Shown here piece after piece: positions 1-13,800 of a stretch of 64,000 nt of DNA. The stretch's first letter is position 1, and each line of letters begins with the position of its first letter. Below the pieces are notes generated by a model. It ran no database searches, had not been told where the DNA came from, and saw only the letters and a list, made by a program, of their open reading frames with translations. Origin of the DNA: Phaeosaccion multiseriatum (taxonomy: Eukaryota > Protista > Ochrophyta, other classes); contig OZ218951.1 of the NCBI GenBank assembly GCA_965112735.1, positions 5,642,001 through 5,706,000 of the forward strand, given 5' to 3'. The translations under genes and the position numbers were made by a program.

Positions 1-259
1 CCAGAGAGGGGCTTCTGTCTCCGTCTGCTGCCATCACTTGTTCTGCCCCCCCATCCCCGCCCCTCAACTAGTGCTACCCCAACTCCCAACGCCAAGCGCA
101 CCCACGCACACACGCACGTACACACCAACCCACACATGCACACACATGCACACACGCACACACACGCACTTCCCACACCTTCCTTTCTTCCTTCCTTTCT
201 CACCTCCTTCCTCCCTCCCTCCCTCCCTCCCTTCCTCCCTTCCTCCCTCCCTCCCTTAC

Positions 260-643
260 CTGTTCCAAGCGGAGTCATGCCAATCCGCCTCGTAGATCAG
301 CGCGTCGTGTTGCTCCTCCTGCTGCGCCAGCCAACTGCCCAACGCCAAGGGAAGCTTACTCCTCCTCCTACTTCCACTCTCACTCCCACTCCTACTCCTA
401 CTCCTACTCCGGCGGCGACGAAGCTCCTGCTGTACGCCTTCCCCTCGCCCTCCCCCTCCCCCCGGCTCCGCCGATGACGAGCGCAAGCGGGAGGAAGAGG
501 CAAGGCAACTCTTCCTCATCGTGCGCCCCTGCTCCTTGGCTCCTCCTCCTGTGGCAGCGCCGTTTGCTCCCATCGCAGCGGCTCTGACTCCATCTCCCCC
601 CTCCCCCTCCCCTTCCCACTCCTCCCACTCCTCCCCCTCATCC

Positions 644-678
<35 letters not shown>

Positions 679-3600
679 GTCGTCTTCGTCGTCGTCGTCG
701 TCGTCGTCATCATCCAGCCCATCTAAACCCTCCTCTCCCCTCCCCAGCGTGTTGGCAGCAAGAGCACTTGTCAACACCTTTGCCCTCAGCCCGGTGCTCT
801 CCAACGCTTTCTGTAACGTCGTGGTAAAGAGATGGAGAGGGACAGAACCGCTCACCGGCAACACCATGAAGGTCCTTCCCTGCCCCACCCGCCCGTAGTA
901 CGCCGAGGTCCGATGACTGCTCTGACTTGTACTCCTGCCTGCGTCCACCCCGCCGTTAACACCACCACCTCCTCCTCCTCCATTAACGCCAGCTGCACCG
1001 TTACCGTGGGTTCCGTGGCCGTGGCGGTTACAGCCGTGTACCCCCAAGCCGCCCCCCGCCAACAACCTCAGCCTCTCCTTGGTCTTCTCGTGTGCATGTT
1101 GCGCCAAGTGAGGCACCACTGCAGGGTAGCGCTGGGCAATGAAACTCAGTGTGCTGGAGGGGATGCGGGCGACGCTCGTGTGTCTGACTGCCCGCACCGT
1201 GGCCCAGTGCTCCAAGCCCGTTATCACTTGCGACTCCCCCACCATCATCCCGCGGCCGTACTCACCCAGCACCACCACGCCTCCGTCTCCTCCTCCTCCT
1301 CCCCCTCCCCCGTCCGCCTGCCCCTGCCCATATGACTTCCCCTGCTGCCCTTGCTGCCCCTGCTGGCCCTGCTGCTGCTGTACTACCAACTGCTGCTGCC
1401 CCCTCCCGCCTCCTGTGGTCTGCACATAGGCCCTCAGCCGTCCATACAACACGACATAGAGACTGGTCCGGAGCTCCCCCTGCCTGACAAGAACCTGGAC
1501 ACATACACACAGAGAGAGAGAGAGAGAGAGGGAGGGAGAGAGAGAGAGAAGGAGAGAGAGAGTGAGAGGGAGAGAAAGAGAGAGAGACAGAGGGGAGTAG
1601 TGAGGAGCAAGCATTGTACAACGGAAGGAACTCGGCTGAACTGATCGGTCTCTCTCTCTCTTTCTCTCCCCTTCTCTCTCTGTCGATCTTGTCTCTCTCT
1701 CCCCTCCTCTCTCTCCTCTTCTCTTCTCTCTCTGCCCTCCCCTACCTCTCTATTTCTGTCTCTGTCCCCTCTTCTTTTCTCTCCGCCTCCCCTTCAAGCC
1801 GGACGGACAAACGCCCTCCTCCTTCTCTTCCTTCCCTTCCCTTCCCTTCCCTTCAACTACATACACACACACACACACACACGCACTCACACACACACGC
1901 ACTCACCTGCCCCGGCTCCAAAAGAAGATACTTGAGTCCGAAGCCGTACACACGAAGCACAGGGGGGATGTCGGCCACGAAGCGGCGACAGATGGCAGCC
2001 AATGTCGAGGGGTTGGAGAAGAGGAGAGAATCATGCGCCTCCTTGGTGAGGAGCACCACCACGGCGCCTAATTTGGTTGGGTGGTTGGGGGGTTGGTTGG
2101 TTGGTTGGTTGGTTGGGTTGAGGGATTGATGACCTTACCTTCTGCGCTGTCCACGGTGCATGTAAGTAGGGAGGATCCCCGGTGGGACAGAGAGGATCCC
2201 CGGTGGTACCAGTCGTCCGTGGATCCCGTCATGAGTGACAGCTGTCCAACGGCGGACCCCGGGGGGTAGCGCTTGAACACCAAGTCTTCATCGTCATCGT
2301 CGCAGTCGGCCTTATCCCCTCTGCTGCTGCTGCCGCTGCCCCCCCTTCTCCCAGAAGACCTTCCTCCTCCTCTTCCTCCTCGTCCTCCCCCCCCTCCTCC
2401 TCCACCCCTCCCACCCCTCCCCCCCCCACCCTGCCCCCCACCTTCCAGTAAGCCCACTCTCCTGGGTTTCATCCTCGATGTAACCGTCCCCCTCAGCACC
2501 ACCACACAGCACACACGTTCGGCACTATCGGGCCCATGGAACAACCTGTGGCCCCGAGGAAGGGCGGCTATGCGCAGGGCAGGCAGTGCCGCTCCAGTGC
2601 CATCCTTGGCTTTAAAACTCTTACTCGCCTTCAACTTGCCCCCCCCCGAGAGCCTAGTCCCCCCCCTTCCCAACCCCCCTCCTCCCACCTCCTGCTTCTC
2701 CTGCAGCTCCCTTTGTTTCTCCCGCCACGTCTCCGCCCGGGATGGCTGGGGCTTCCCCCCCTCCCATTGCCTGCCATCGCTGTCGCTGTCGCTGTCAATG
2801 TCGCTGTCGTCGTGGTCGAGATGGCCATTGCCCCTGCCCATGTGACTGCCATCCGAGGAGTCCATGGGTTGCTGAGTCGGGGTGGGGATGAAAGGGAGCT
2901 TGAGGGGTGTGCCGCTTAGACCTAATGCCTGGGCCACCATTGTCCTCGCTGAGAAACGAGGGGGGGAGGGAGAGGGAAGTGGAGAGGGAGGGAGAAAGGG
3001 GAGAAGATGGCAGTGGATGGATTAAGAGGAGGAGATTGGAGCAACAATCCAAGCACATGCGCACGCGCACACACCCACACGCGCACGCGTTCACACACTC
3101 ACCCTCCTCCTGCGAGGGCCACTCTTCCTGCAGCCTCGCTCTCCGCCGCTGCTGCCCCTCCTCTCTGCCCCTCGCGCCAGCCGAGTCCCCCCCGCTGCTC
3201 TTGACCAAAGCCGCGTTGCCCTCTCCTCTCCTGAGTGGCGCTCCTCCTCTTCCTTCTCCTCTTCCTTCTCCTCTTCCTTCTCCTCTTCCTTCTCCTCTTC
3301 CTTCTCCTGCTCCTGCTCCTGCTCCTCCTTCTAGTTTCCCCCCGCCCCCCGCCCCCTCCACGTACTCGCCACTGTCATCCTCCTCCTCTTCTTTCTCCGC
3401 CGCCCCCCCGCCTCCTCCTCCTCCTACTCCTCCTCCTCCTCCTCCTCCTCCTCCTCTTCCTCCTCCTCCTCCTCCTCCTCCTCCTACTCCTCCTCCTCCA
3501 CCACCACCACCACCACCCTCCCCCTCCTCCTCCCCTCCCCCCTCCTGCACCACCGACCGCATCGGTCTATGATTTCCTGTAAGTGACACCTCATCTCTGA

Positions 3601-6119
3601 GGTCATGCATGAGGCCGAGGTAGCTGAAGCCCGTCAGCAGCGTGAGCCTGTTCACTTTCGTCAGCAGGGCCGTCAGGAAGTGGGACCGAGTCTGCAACAC
3701 GCACACACATGCACACATACACGCACACACGCACACGTGTCGGAAGGAGTGTGGGTAAGTGAGTGAGTGAGTGAGTGAATAAATGACAGAGAAATATTCT
3801 CTGAGCGACAGGGACAGCGGATTACAACACCTGATGGTCGTCGCCAACGCTGCTCAAGAGCCTCCCCCAGGGTACCCTGACCACAGACGTGCGGCGGATA
3901 CACCTCACTGTAGCGTAGGTCTTGGGGCTCTCCTGAAGAGGGACGAAGAGGAGGAGGAGGAGGAGGAGGAGGAGGAGGAGGAGGAGGAGGAGGAGGAGGA
4001 GGAGGAGGAGGAAGAGGAGGAGGAGGAGGAGGAGGAAGAAGAAGAGGAGGTGGTGGTGGTGGTGGAGGAGGAGGAGGAGGAGGAGGAGGAGGAGGAGGAG
4101 GAAGAGGAGGAGGACGAAGAGGAGGAGAAAGAAGAAGAAGAAGAAGAAGAAGAGGAGGAGGAGGAGGAGGAGGAGGAGGAGGAGGAGGAGGAGGAGGAGG
4201 AGGAGGAGACGGAGGAGAAGGGAGAAGAAGCATGTGTGTAAGCGTGAGATGGAGGGGAGACAAGGACAAGGAGAGAGAGCTATGTTATCTAAACTTAGAT
4301 GCCTGTCTGGCACCCCCACCTCTCCCGCCGCCCCTCTACCCCGACTCGGAAGCTTACACAAACACAAACCACACTCCTCTCCTCTCCTCCCCTCTTCTCC
4401 ACCCCCCCCAGCTCCCTACCTCCACGATGCCCGCCAGCAGGTCCACCATCCCTGCGAGGAATGCCCCGCACTCGTCGATAGTGACCACGGACTGCCTCCC
4501 TCCCGTCCCGCCCACACCACACAGGATCCCCCCCCCCCCCTCCTCCTCCTCCTCCTCCTCTCTCTCCAAGCCCCGCCCCCGCCTGCAGTCCCGAGCGGCC
4601 CCCGATGGAGTCCATGCATTTCACTGACACGTTCACAGCGCCCTCCTGCAGGGGGGAGAGGGAGGGGGGAGGAGAGGACAGATAGGGGTCATCTCGCCGG
4701 TGGGAGGGGAGGGGAGGGGATGGCAGTGGATGTGGGGGGGGGGGGGGCAAGGCTTGTTGGGCGGAGGTGGCAAGCAGTCAGGGCGACAAGTACAAGCTTG
4801 GGTCTTGTTGGCATCCGCATGCGTATGGTCCTTCTTCTTAAGGTGTTGTCGTACCTTGAGTAGGAAGACATCTGTGAGTTTCTCCCCCTCCTGCATGAGT
4901 ACATGCCCTTCCTCGCACTGAAGTTCCTCCACCTCTCGGCACACCTCTAGGAGACTGGCGACCTGGGAGAGGGGAGGGAGGGAGGAGGAGAGAGGCGAAT
5001 AAGAGAGGGGGACAAGAGAGAGATGGGAGGGAGAGGGAGAGAGAGGAGGAGGGAGAAATGGGGAGGGAAGGAGATTGCGAGAGGGAGAGAGATGGGAGAG
5101 TCGCACGTCTTCACCATGCAAGTATACACTCCTTCCGGAACGTGAATAACTCGGCCACGCACGCACCCACGCACGTACGCACCCACGCACGCACCCACGC
5201 ACACACGCACCTGCGAGCTGGGGTACATCTCGAGCTCCATGATGGCGTTGAAGGCGAGCAGGCCCGCAGCAGACAGGCCCCTCCCCTGCCCGTACCTGGT
5301 CCCGGGCCTTTCCCTCCCGCCCCCGCTGTCGCCAAGGCTATCAGCTGTGCCCTGCCTCCTACCGCCGCTGCGATTCCCGATATCGACTGGCCCCGTATGA
5401 CTGCCGCTGGCGCCTTCTTCGGCCGCCGCCTGGCGTCTCCTCTTGACGCTCCTGCGGTCCTCTTTGATCACGGGCAGGCCCAGAGGGGCGAACAGACTGT
5501 TGAGGCCGTCGCCCTTGCCGGGGGTGATCTGTAGCTTGTCTGGGGGGAGGCAGGAGGGGCGGTGCGGTCCGGCCAAGGGATGTGGATAGGGAGGAGGAGG
5601 AGGATGAGAGCGAGGCGGGCAAAAAAAAAAAAAAAAACAGGACGCCCAGGACGATCTCACCCCCCCAATCCAGGAGAGAGAGCATCGTCTGCTCAGCAGA
5701 AGGGCAAACACACACGCACCCGAGGCCTTGGCCACACTCGTCTTGATGCTGCGCTTCCTCTTGCCCACCCACTCTCGCGCGGCTCTTTGCAGGGCAGCTC
5801 TGCCCTTGCGCAGCTGCTCTCTCCTACGCGGCGAACCCCCAATGTTGCGCATGCTCAGAGACCGCCCACCGTCTTCCCCCCTCTCGCTCGGCAGAGCGTC
5901 CAGCAAGAAAGATGCGTGCTTGGAGAGAGGGCGGAGAGGTGTAGAGGCAGAAGATAGTGAAGCTGACGCTGGCCCTGCAGAAGGCTGGTGTCGGGGGGGG
6001 TTGTTCCTCAGTCGCCTCCACACCCAGCGAGCTACAGCCACGGCGAGGAGGATCAGCACATAGACAGCCACCACGTCCAGCCCCATAACCCACCACCTTG
6101 CTCCCCTCATCCCGTCCAT
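260..6119 (-). CDS. Neuropathy target esterase / PNPLA6-7-like protein (N-terminal TM + cyclic-nucleotide-binding domains); multi-exon, 3' end (patatin domain) lies left of the window
   Basis: N-terminal TM (VVAVYVLILLAVAVARWVWRR). cNMP-like exons: 'EELQCEEGHVLMQEGEKLTDVFLLK...ECGAFLAG', 'KRYPPGSAVGQLSLMTG' and 'LVRQGELRTSLYVVLYGRLRA...GEYGRGMMVGESQVITG...ATVRAVRHT'. 'SWLAQQEEQHDALIYEAD...AWNR' is the NTE-type linker preceding the patatin domain. GT-AG introns. Confidence 0.8.
3948..4207. repeat. (GAG/GAA)n trinucleotide tract in an intron of the NTE-like gene
   Basis: About 260 bp of nearly pure GAG repeat, forming a CCT polypyrimidine tract before a minus-strand acceptor. Confidence 0.95.
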
Positions 6120-7264
6120 TGCTTTTCTTCCTTGTCGTCCTTGTCTCGCTCGGCACCTCAACAACAGATGGCGACGTACTGAAGCACCAACATCAACTGA
6201 TAGTCCCAACAACGACGGATAATCCCCAACGTTAACCTTTTCTTTCTGGCTTCCGGCCAAATCCGTTACTCCCCTAAAACCCTTTCCCGGGTTTGCTTAC
6301 GAAGGTGCTCATCCGAGCCTTCTCGCCACCACATCCTTGTGATGGACGGACTTGCACCTTTTAACTCATTTTAAACACCCTTATAACGGGAGCAAAGTCC
6401 TTTAACAGGTGTTGTGCACCATTTGGGTCGAGACGAGCACCCTTACACCCTTAACTGCCTTGTACACCAAAGAGAGCTCTCCCGTTGTGTAGGGCCCTGC
6501 CTGTGGATGAGTTCATGAGTGAATGCAAGAAACGCCCGCCCAGAAAGGATACGCACTTGCCTCTCCGGCGGCCGAGTCTCGATCGAGTAGCTAGTGTGAG
6601 GCTCTCAATTGGGGGTGGGGATGGTTCTATAGCTAGATCAACAATTACTGAAGTGCTAATATGATCAAGTACTTGTTCCATGTTGGCTCCCTCGGGCCTT
6701 CTCTCTGCGAGTGTTGCCCATCTGAGCGGCGAGAGGCTGTGAGCGACGGCTCCACACTCCACACGCAGTCAGTCCACCCGTCGTTGCCACACCTGTCTCA
6801 CTTGGAGCGGGGTAGCTAGCCTCCATTGCTTTGTGTACCCCGAATGCTAAAAGACGATCACTGACATCCCCCGTCCCCCCCTCTAACTCTCTCCGTTCGG
6901 TGCCACTTGCTTGCTTGTGTGGCGGTTTTTGTGAGTAGCGAAGGAGCCTCCGCTGTAGTACTCCTCCTCTCAACGGTTCGTCCCTCCCTCTCCTTTTGTT
7001 TTTCTTCGATAGTGACTGACCCATGCACTGCCTGCTGCCCCTGGCTGCTGTGCCCAATACCGCCGCCACCACCGCAGGCCAGCAACAAGCAAACGGCGCC
7101 GCCCCTGGAGACAACCCATCAGCCACGCCGCAGCCAGACGACAAGTCCAAGCCACCGATGCGTCCACCCCTCGCCCCTCTCCTATTTTTATTGTAGGCCG
7201 CACCGCGTAAAAAAAAAAAAGAAGAGGAGAAGCGTAGGGAATTGATTTTGAGGCCAGCTCCAAC

Positions 7265-7984
7265 TCAGAGCTCGGACGTAGCGAATAGGCACATCATGCT
7301 GAAAGAAGTTCCACCCGCTCTGTTCACGACCTCGGTACCAGGAACGCTGGCAAAGCCCAGCTTCTCATAGACTCTTAATGCGGCCTTGTTTTCGGCACGG
7401 CAGCTCAGACTGACACCAGGTACGCCATCGCTCCTTGCCCGCTTCAGCAGCCCTGTAAGCAGTACGGTACCGATACCCCTTCCCTGATATTCGGGCAGCA
7501 CCGCCATCGCAAGCTCGGGAATCGTGTCGTTCTGCACGTATCCGAATCCTTTGTCTTTGAGCAGGCGAATCCATGCCGCACCAACGACGACAGGGTTATT
7601 CTTGTCGGCGGCAGTATGTGCGAAGAGACCGAGATCGCCTGGCAGCTTTCCGAAGTCCTTCCCGTACGGAGCCAAGACGGCAGAGTCTCGCACGTCTGTC
7701 GTTTCATGCGCCGCGTGCATCAGCATCTCCCACACGACGTCTTGATTGTCAGCTTCCAGCGGCTTGAGCGCCACCCCCAGGCCTTTCTCACTCATTCCCA
7801 ATGCATCCAGACCTCGCAGCGACGAAAGTACAAGTCCCAAGGGAAGGGGCGGATGGTTGCGAATGCTTCTTTGGCCCACTGATTTCCGCACTAGGGCGGC
7901 TTCCAGGCCCCCGTGAGTGAAGCCCTCAGAGAGAGAAAAGAAGAAAGAACCAAGCAAGCCAAGCGTGTAGAGCAGAATAAGCAT
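7265..7984 (-). CDS. GNAT-family acetyltransferase with bipartite (signal + transit) presequence; intronless
   Basis: GNAT motif A 'LAMAVLPEYQGRGIGTVLL', 'VSLSCRAENKAALRVYEKLGF' and 'GAAWIRLL'. N-terminus MLILLYTLGLLGSFFFSLSEG|FT; an internal Met at 7795 starts the enzyme domain. Confidence 0.85.
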   Translation of the reverse strand: MLILLYTLGLLGSFFFSLSEGFTHGGLEAALVRKSVGQRSIRNHPPLPLGLVLSSLRGLDALGMSEKGLGVALKPLEADNQDVVWEMLMHAAHETTDVRDSAVLAPYGKDFGKLPGDLGLFAHTAADKNNPVVVGAAWIRLLKDKGFGYVQNDTIPELAMAVLPEYQGRGIGTVLLTGLLKRARSDGVPGVSLSCRAENKAALRVYEKLGFASVPGTEVVNRAGGTSFSMMCLFATSEL

Positions 7985-8233
7985 TGATTTAGAGGAGATG
8001 TGTGCATGCGTGTGTCTAGGGCCCGCTGGGGGCCCTTTACTCTCCCTCCTGGCCGAGGATGGGTGAAAGAAGCAATCAGTACAAGTTGTACATGAAAAAA
8101 AAGGAAAGAAAGTGGGGGAAAAGCGAAAAGGCAGGTGGTTATCCACGGTCACACTTGGCGCCGCCTCTCTCAATCCCCCCTTTTTTTTTCCTTCTTATAC
8201 TTATCTCCCAAAGTGGTCAAGCTTCTCGAAACC

Positions 8234-9942
8234 ATGCATAGGGCCTGCAGCAGCGAGGTAAGTTCCTTTCGTCTCCTCTGCCCCGATCTACTAATCTTCC
8301 GCCCCGGTCCCATCAATTTTCTCTCACCCCCACTCAACCGATACACTCCCCACGTTCCTCGCCTCTTGCCCCTCCTTGTGGCAGGCTACGCGCCTGCTTG
8401 AAGCCATCAGAGGTGATCAGAGCATCAAGAAGGTGCAAGCGGCTGTGAGGGCCCTAGTCGCTAAGAACGGAGGGAGGAAGGCATGTTTGGACGAGCCCCT
8501 CAATGGGAGAGGGGATCCTGCCCTGCTCTTCGCTGTGTGGATGAAGAGGGGTGACATCATTGCTCTTTTGCTGCAGGAGGGGGCATCACCAAATGTCGCA
8601 GAGCGTTCACAGGACTACACTGCGTTAATACTGGCATGCAGTGTGGGGGATGCTGCTCTCGTGCAACAGCTCGTCTCTGCTGGTGCTGACGTCAACGGCA
8701 GTATTAGGAACAGTGGGCGTACGGCGCTTATTGATGCCTCCGAACAAGGGAGGGGGGTGATCGTGAAGAGCCTGCTCTCAGCTGGTGCTGAGGTCGAGCA
8801 GGCCACATCGGAAGGTGCCACGGCTTTGATGTACGCCTCCGAAGGGGGGCATCATGCGGTGGTGCAGCAGCTGCTGTCGGCCGGCGCGAAGGTGAATCGG
8901 GAAAGTACGCATGATGGGAGTACGGCGATTTGTCGAGCCTCGGAATTAGGACATGAACGGGTAGTCCAGCAGCTCATCAAAGCCGGTGCAGATGTCCAAC
9001 TCGCCACTTCGGAAGGCCTCACACCCAATCAATGGAGGGCATTACGCGGTAGTGCAGCAGCTGCTGTCGGCTGAGGCTGATCCCAACGAGATGAGTGGCA
9101 GAGGTGCTGCCGGCGTCACCCCTTTGTTGGTGGCCGCACAAGAAGGTCATCACAGGGTCACGCAGCTGCTGCTGACGTCTGGGGCAGATGCGAACTTGGT
9201 ATCCGGCAATGGGATTTGTCCACTTTATCCGGCGAGTCACCTTGGTCATGGCCTTGTGGTGGAGCAGCTCATCGCAGCCGGCGCTGACCTCGAGTGTCGT
9301 AATGGTGAGGAGCGGCTCACAGCGTTGAGAGCTGCGTCTGCGAAAGGGCACCGAAGTGTTGTGCGAAAGCTGCTCAGGGCTGGTGCAGAGGTGAATGCGA
9401 TGAGTGGTGACGAGTATGGAGCGATACACTTGGCATCTCGGTTTGGCCATGCTCGTGTCGTGGAGGAACTCATCTCAGGAGGTGCCGACGTGGAGATGCT
9501 GACTGCTCCTGGTCCTGGGGGCTTCACATTACCACCTTTGTGTATGGCTGCTAGCCGGGGCTATGGGGTAGTGATCCGTGTGCTCCTGTCTGCAGGGGCT
9601 GATCCTGACCGTGAGGGCGGTGACTTTGCTGCTGTTGAGGGGATTGTCTCGTTTCCACCCTTAGTTTGTGCATCACAAAGCAATCACAGCGGGGCGGTGC
9701 TGGAGCTGCTCTCAGGAGGGGCCTCGCTGACAAAGGCTTTGACAAAAGCACGAGAGTATATCGATGGAGCAGCATGTATAGAATTCCTCCTGGCTGCGGA
9801 AAGACATCACTTTGCGTCACAAAGCGCGTTGGACCTGATGCGGGGCACTGACCGTCTCTTTGGCAAGGAAGGGAGGCTGAAGGTGTCGCAGAGAGAGCTT
9901 AGCCCTGAGGTGCTGCAGGAGGTGGCGGAGGAGATGGCGTGA
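8234..9942 (+). pseudogene. Ankyrin-repeat protein, copy 1 (intron 8258-8384; frameshift near 9025)
   Basis: Many G-x-T-A/P-L...A...G-H..VV..LL..GA-D-x-N repeats split over two frames (8376-9074, 8986-9942), with no intron explaining the shift. Could be a pseudogene or an assembly indel. Confidence 0.7.
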
Positions 9943-10846
9943 CGAGCTCGCCACGTGCGTGTCGGGAGGGAAGACGGAGCGGCTATGGGTTGTTATGGGC
10001 TCGAGGTCGTCTCACAGCCAAGCACAAGGAAGAGCGGCAGCGAGCCGAGCACGACGGCGAGCAGTGGGGGCTAATAACAAGACCGAAGGTTGCCCCCCCC
10101 CCCCTGATGCCAACAGAATGCAGGCGGAGGAGGTGGGGGGGAGAGGGCAGGCGCGGCAGCAGCAGCAGTTGGCAAGACCGGTAGAGCCAACAGTAGCATA
10201 GCAAGACCTTACTTGTCTGCTTGGAGAGGGAGGGCCTAAACCTGGCGGCCAGCATCGTCAAGCATTCATAAACGAGGACGAGGGGGGGTCGATTTTCCTT
10301 CCTTCCTTCCTTCCTTCCTTCCATTTCGTCCCTTTTTGTTCCTTTGCTTTTCTTCCCTCTGCCTGCGTGTGTGAGTGTCCACGCATGTACGTGGCTCCAG
10401 GCAATGATGCACCCTCCTCTATATACATACAAAAAAGCCCAACCCAAGCATATACAACCCCCTCCCTCCCCTCAAAAGCAAAGACTGCAGCTCAGTCGTG
10501 GCGCAGTTCATGCCAATCCGTGTGAAATGTGAAACGAAGCACAGCAAGCCAACACGAAGTACAACACGCCAACACACAAAGAAACACCGCCACGCGAACG
10601 CCTGAGGCACAACAGGCTGGATAGAGCACTCAGCCCCTACTTGCCCTCCGGTCCGGCAGTCTGGCTGGCTGTCCGGCTGTCCGTCTGGCTGTCTGTCTGT
10701 CTGGCTGGCTCTACCGCATGGGCGAATGCATAGACCCACGGACGGGAGGAACGTTCTCCTCCGACCTGACCAGACATTCAGTCCAAACCTTGGGCGCCTC
10801 AAGCGCCAGCCTCAGCCCTTCGACTCCTCAGCCCTTCGACTCACAC

Positions 10847-13800
10847 TCACACCCAGCTCTTGCCCACTCCGAAGCGCTTCTTGGCCTTCATCGTGTCCTG
10901 CCACATCTTGGACTTGGAGGGGTCCTTGCATACGGGGGGGCCTTCCTTCTCCAGCTCCAGGCGCATGCCCACCAGCTTGCGCTCCTCTGCCTCAAGATCG
11001 TCTTCGAATTGACCACGGAACATGTCCTCCTCCTTGAAGCGCGTAAAAAGCTCCTCCTGGTCATAGTCATACATATGGGCAAGCAGGCGTATGGGTAAGC
11101 AGGCGTATGGGCAAGCACTCGTATAGGCAAGCATCCTCCTTCAACCACCTCCTCCGTGATATAAATAGTCTCATTCCCTCCCTCGTCCTTCATCTCCTGA
11201 GTTCATCTCGTGGACGTTATGTACAGTTCCGCCCCTCGCTTCATACTTCACTCCTCACCCCTCTCCCCTCGCCCCTCTGTCCTGACACTCCTCACCCCTC
11301 ACACTTCACCCCTCACCCCTCTGTCGTTACACCCCTCACACCTCTGTCCTGACACCCCTCACCCCTCTGTCCTGACACCCCTCACCCCTCTGTCCTGACA
11401 CTCCTCACCCCTCTGTCCTGACACTCCTCACCCCTCTGTCCTGACACCCCTCACACCTCTGTCCTGACACCCCTCACACCCCTGTCCTGACATTCCTCAC
11501 CCCTCTGTCCTTACACCCCTCACACCTCTGTCCTGACACCCCTCACCCCTCTGTCCTGACACTCCTCACCCCTCACCCCTCACCCCTCACCCCTCACCCC
11601 TCTGTCCTTACACCCCTCACACCTCTGTCCTGACACCCCTCACCACCCACCCCTGTCCTGACACCCCTCACCCCTCTGTCCTGACACCCCTCACCCCTCG
11701 CCCCTCTGTCCTGACACCCATCACCCCTCACCCCTCACCACCGACCCATCACCCCTCTGACACACCTCACCCCTCACCCCTCACCACCCATCCCTCACCA
11801 CCCACCCCTCACCTTCTTGCCCCTGTACACGAGCTGCAGCATGGCGTAGGGAGACCTCCTCTGGTCAATAGCCCCAATATTGTCCACATACTTAGGATGG
11901 AACACCTCCACATCAATGTCATACAGCACTGGCGACTGCGCGAAAGAGATTACAACATCCCTAGCGAACCTCCGGACGGTTTCGATGTCTACATTGGTGA
12001 AGTGGGGGATCACGAGACCGCGATTCACACCACGCAACAGAGCCAAGTCTCCCTTATCGAAGGAGGACTGATCCTCGTGCGCGAGCAAGACCCTCTTCTC
12101 GAGGTTGGCGTAGGCCATCCACACGTCTGCCATGACGTGCTCCTTGGTCTTACCGCGGCTCACGTCCACAAAGCCCATGCTCTCGAAGTTCTTGACGAAG
12201 CGCGCCTTGTCCCACGAGGCCTGGCCCTTGATGTAGTCCACCCAGGACTGTTTGTTGGCAAGGCACGGAAGTCGCACGGAGGGTACACGGAAGGCCCACG
12301 GCAGGCCCACGGAAGGCCCACGGAAGGGATGGGAACAGGGGGTGAGTGGGAGCGTTTGTTGTGCGCGGATGGGGTGTGCTTCGCGGCCATGTAGGGTAAG
12401 GCAGGCTGAGCACACGTGAGTGCGTGAGGGGAGTGCGAGGACGAGTTCGTTGGCGGCCCGCACCGCGTAGAGCACCCTTCACACCTCCCTTCTACGACTT
12501 GCATCAAGGGGCCTTTGAATGCCCGTAGCCACTCCCACCTCCACCCACGGAACGCATGCTCCACTCAACACAGTGTGCTAACCAGACACGCCGGGCTTCC
12601 CCCCTCTCCCTCTCTCGGAGCGAAACCCTTCCATTCCAAGTCCCTTTACTCTCTTTCTCACTTACTGACCTGCTGCTCGCGGTCAATCTGAAGGTAGTCC
12701 TCGGGAATGGTGACTTCTCCCGGCGGCGGCGCGAAGGCCCCGGCGTCGATCGTGTCATAGCGGTCCTCCTCCAACTACAACAGATCCACAACAGATGCAT
12801 CACAGACGGGTTGGGGGGGGGGGGGGGGAGACAGTGTTTAAGTATTAGTATTGTTGTGGGCGTAAGATGAGAAAGCGTTACAAAAGAAACAAGAAAACTG
12901 CAGGCACGTGACGAACGCCTGACTGACTCCTTACCTCATTGCTCTCTTGGGTGGGCTTGGAGGCGGCTGTGATGCCCAACATGGGGTAGGGCGTGGCCGC
13001 GACTGCCTCGTTGTTGTGGTGGCGCCTCACCATGGTCTCTACGCGCTCCCTCGTCTCAATGTCCGGGCCAAAGAAGTTGTCTCCGGGGTCGTAGGTCCCA
13101 GGGTGGTACACTTCAAGGTCAAAGTCGTACTTCTTGAAGCCCTTCTTGCTTACCTCCCCCGCCTGCTTGAATGCGTTCTCCGTCCGCCAAAGGAGATAGA
13201 AGTTCTCATTAAACAGCTCGCAGCCCGGCACCACGAAAAGGAGCCGCCCCCTGGGGTCGTCCTCCTTGCGGAACTCCTGCTCTCCCTCCTCTCCCTCCTC
13301 CCCGCTCCCGGCTCCTGCTCCTGCCTCCTCCCGCTCGTCGATCATCTCCGAGAGTACCTTCCAGTAGTCTGAGATGACCACAGGCAAGTACCGATGGCGG
13401 CACACGTGGATACGGTCCACAGGGAGGTCCACCTTCTTCACCCACTGCTCGACCTCCCTGCAGGGCAGGTGCAGCCAGAGAGAAGGGGGGGGGGGGGGAC
13501 GGGGAGGAGGGAGGGCGTTAGATGGGTGCGGCCCAGCCGAGAAGCAGACAACAGCACTGAGAAGAGTCTAGCAGGCATGGAACAAATCACAGCAGTACGC
13601 GTAGAGCAAAGTCATAGCGGGCGGATACTGCAGACTGTCTTTACAGGCAGGGAAATAACAGAGCCAAGTTTGAGACCCAGGCCGGAAGATTGAAGGATCG
13701 GGAAGGACAATGGAAGAGGGCTGAAGAAACCGGCACGGCATTGCCCACCTCGTGATGTACTTGACGGTGCCCCTCCTTGGTTTGTCCGGGCCCTCTTCTG

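Noticed and set aside
3673-4367. Poly-Pro/Glu/Leu ORFs
   Set aside because: Intronic trinucleotide repeat.
6200-6900. Faint RT-like peptide (PGKGFRGVTDL...DYP) and imperfect inverted repeats
   Set aside because: An in-frame stop lies directly upstream and no other RT motifs are present; insufficient support.
9940-9942. Selenocysteine/readthrough at the shared ankyrin TGA
   Set aside because: No recognisable SECIS or redox motif; conversion or frameshift is simpler.
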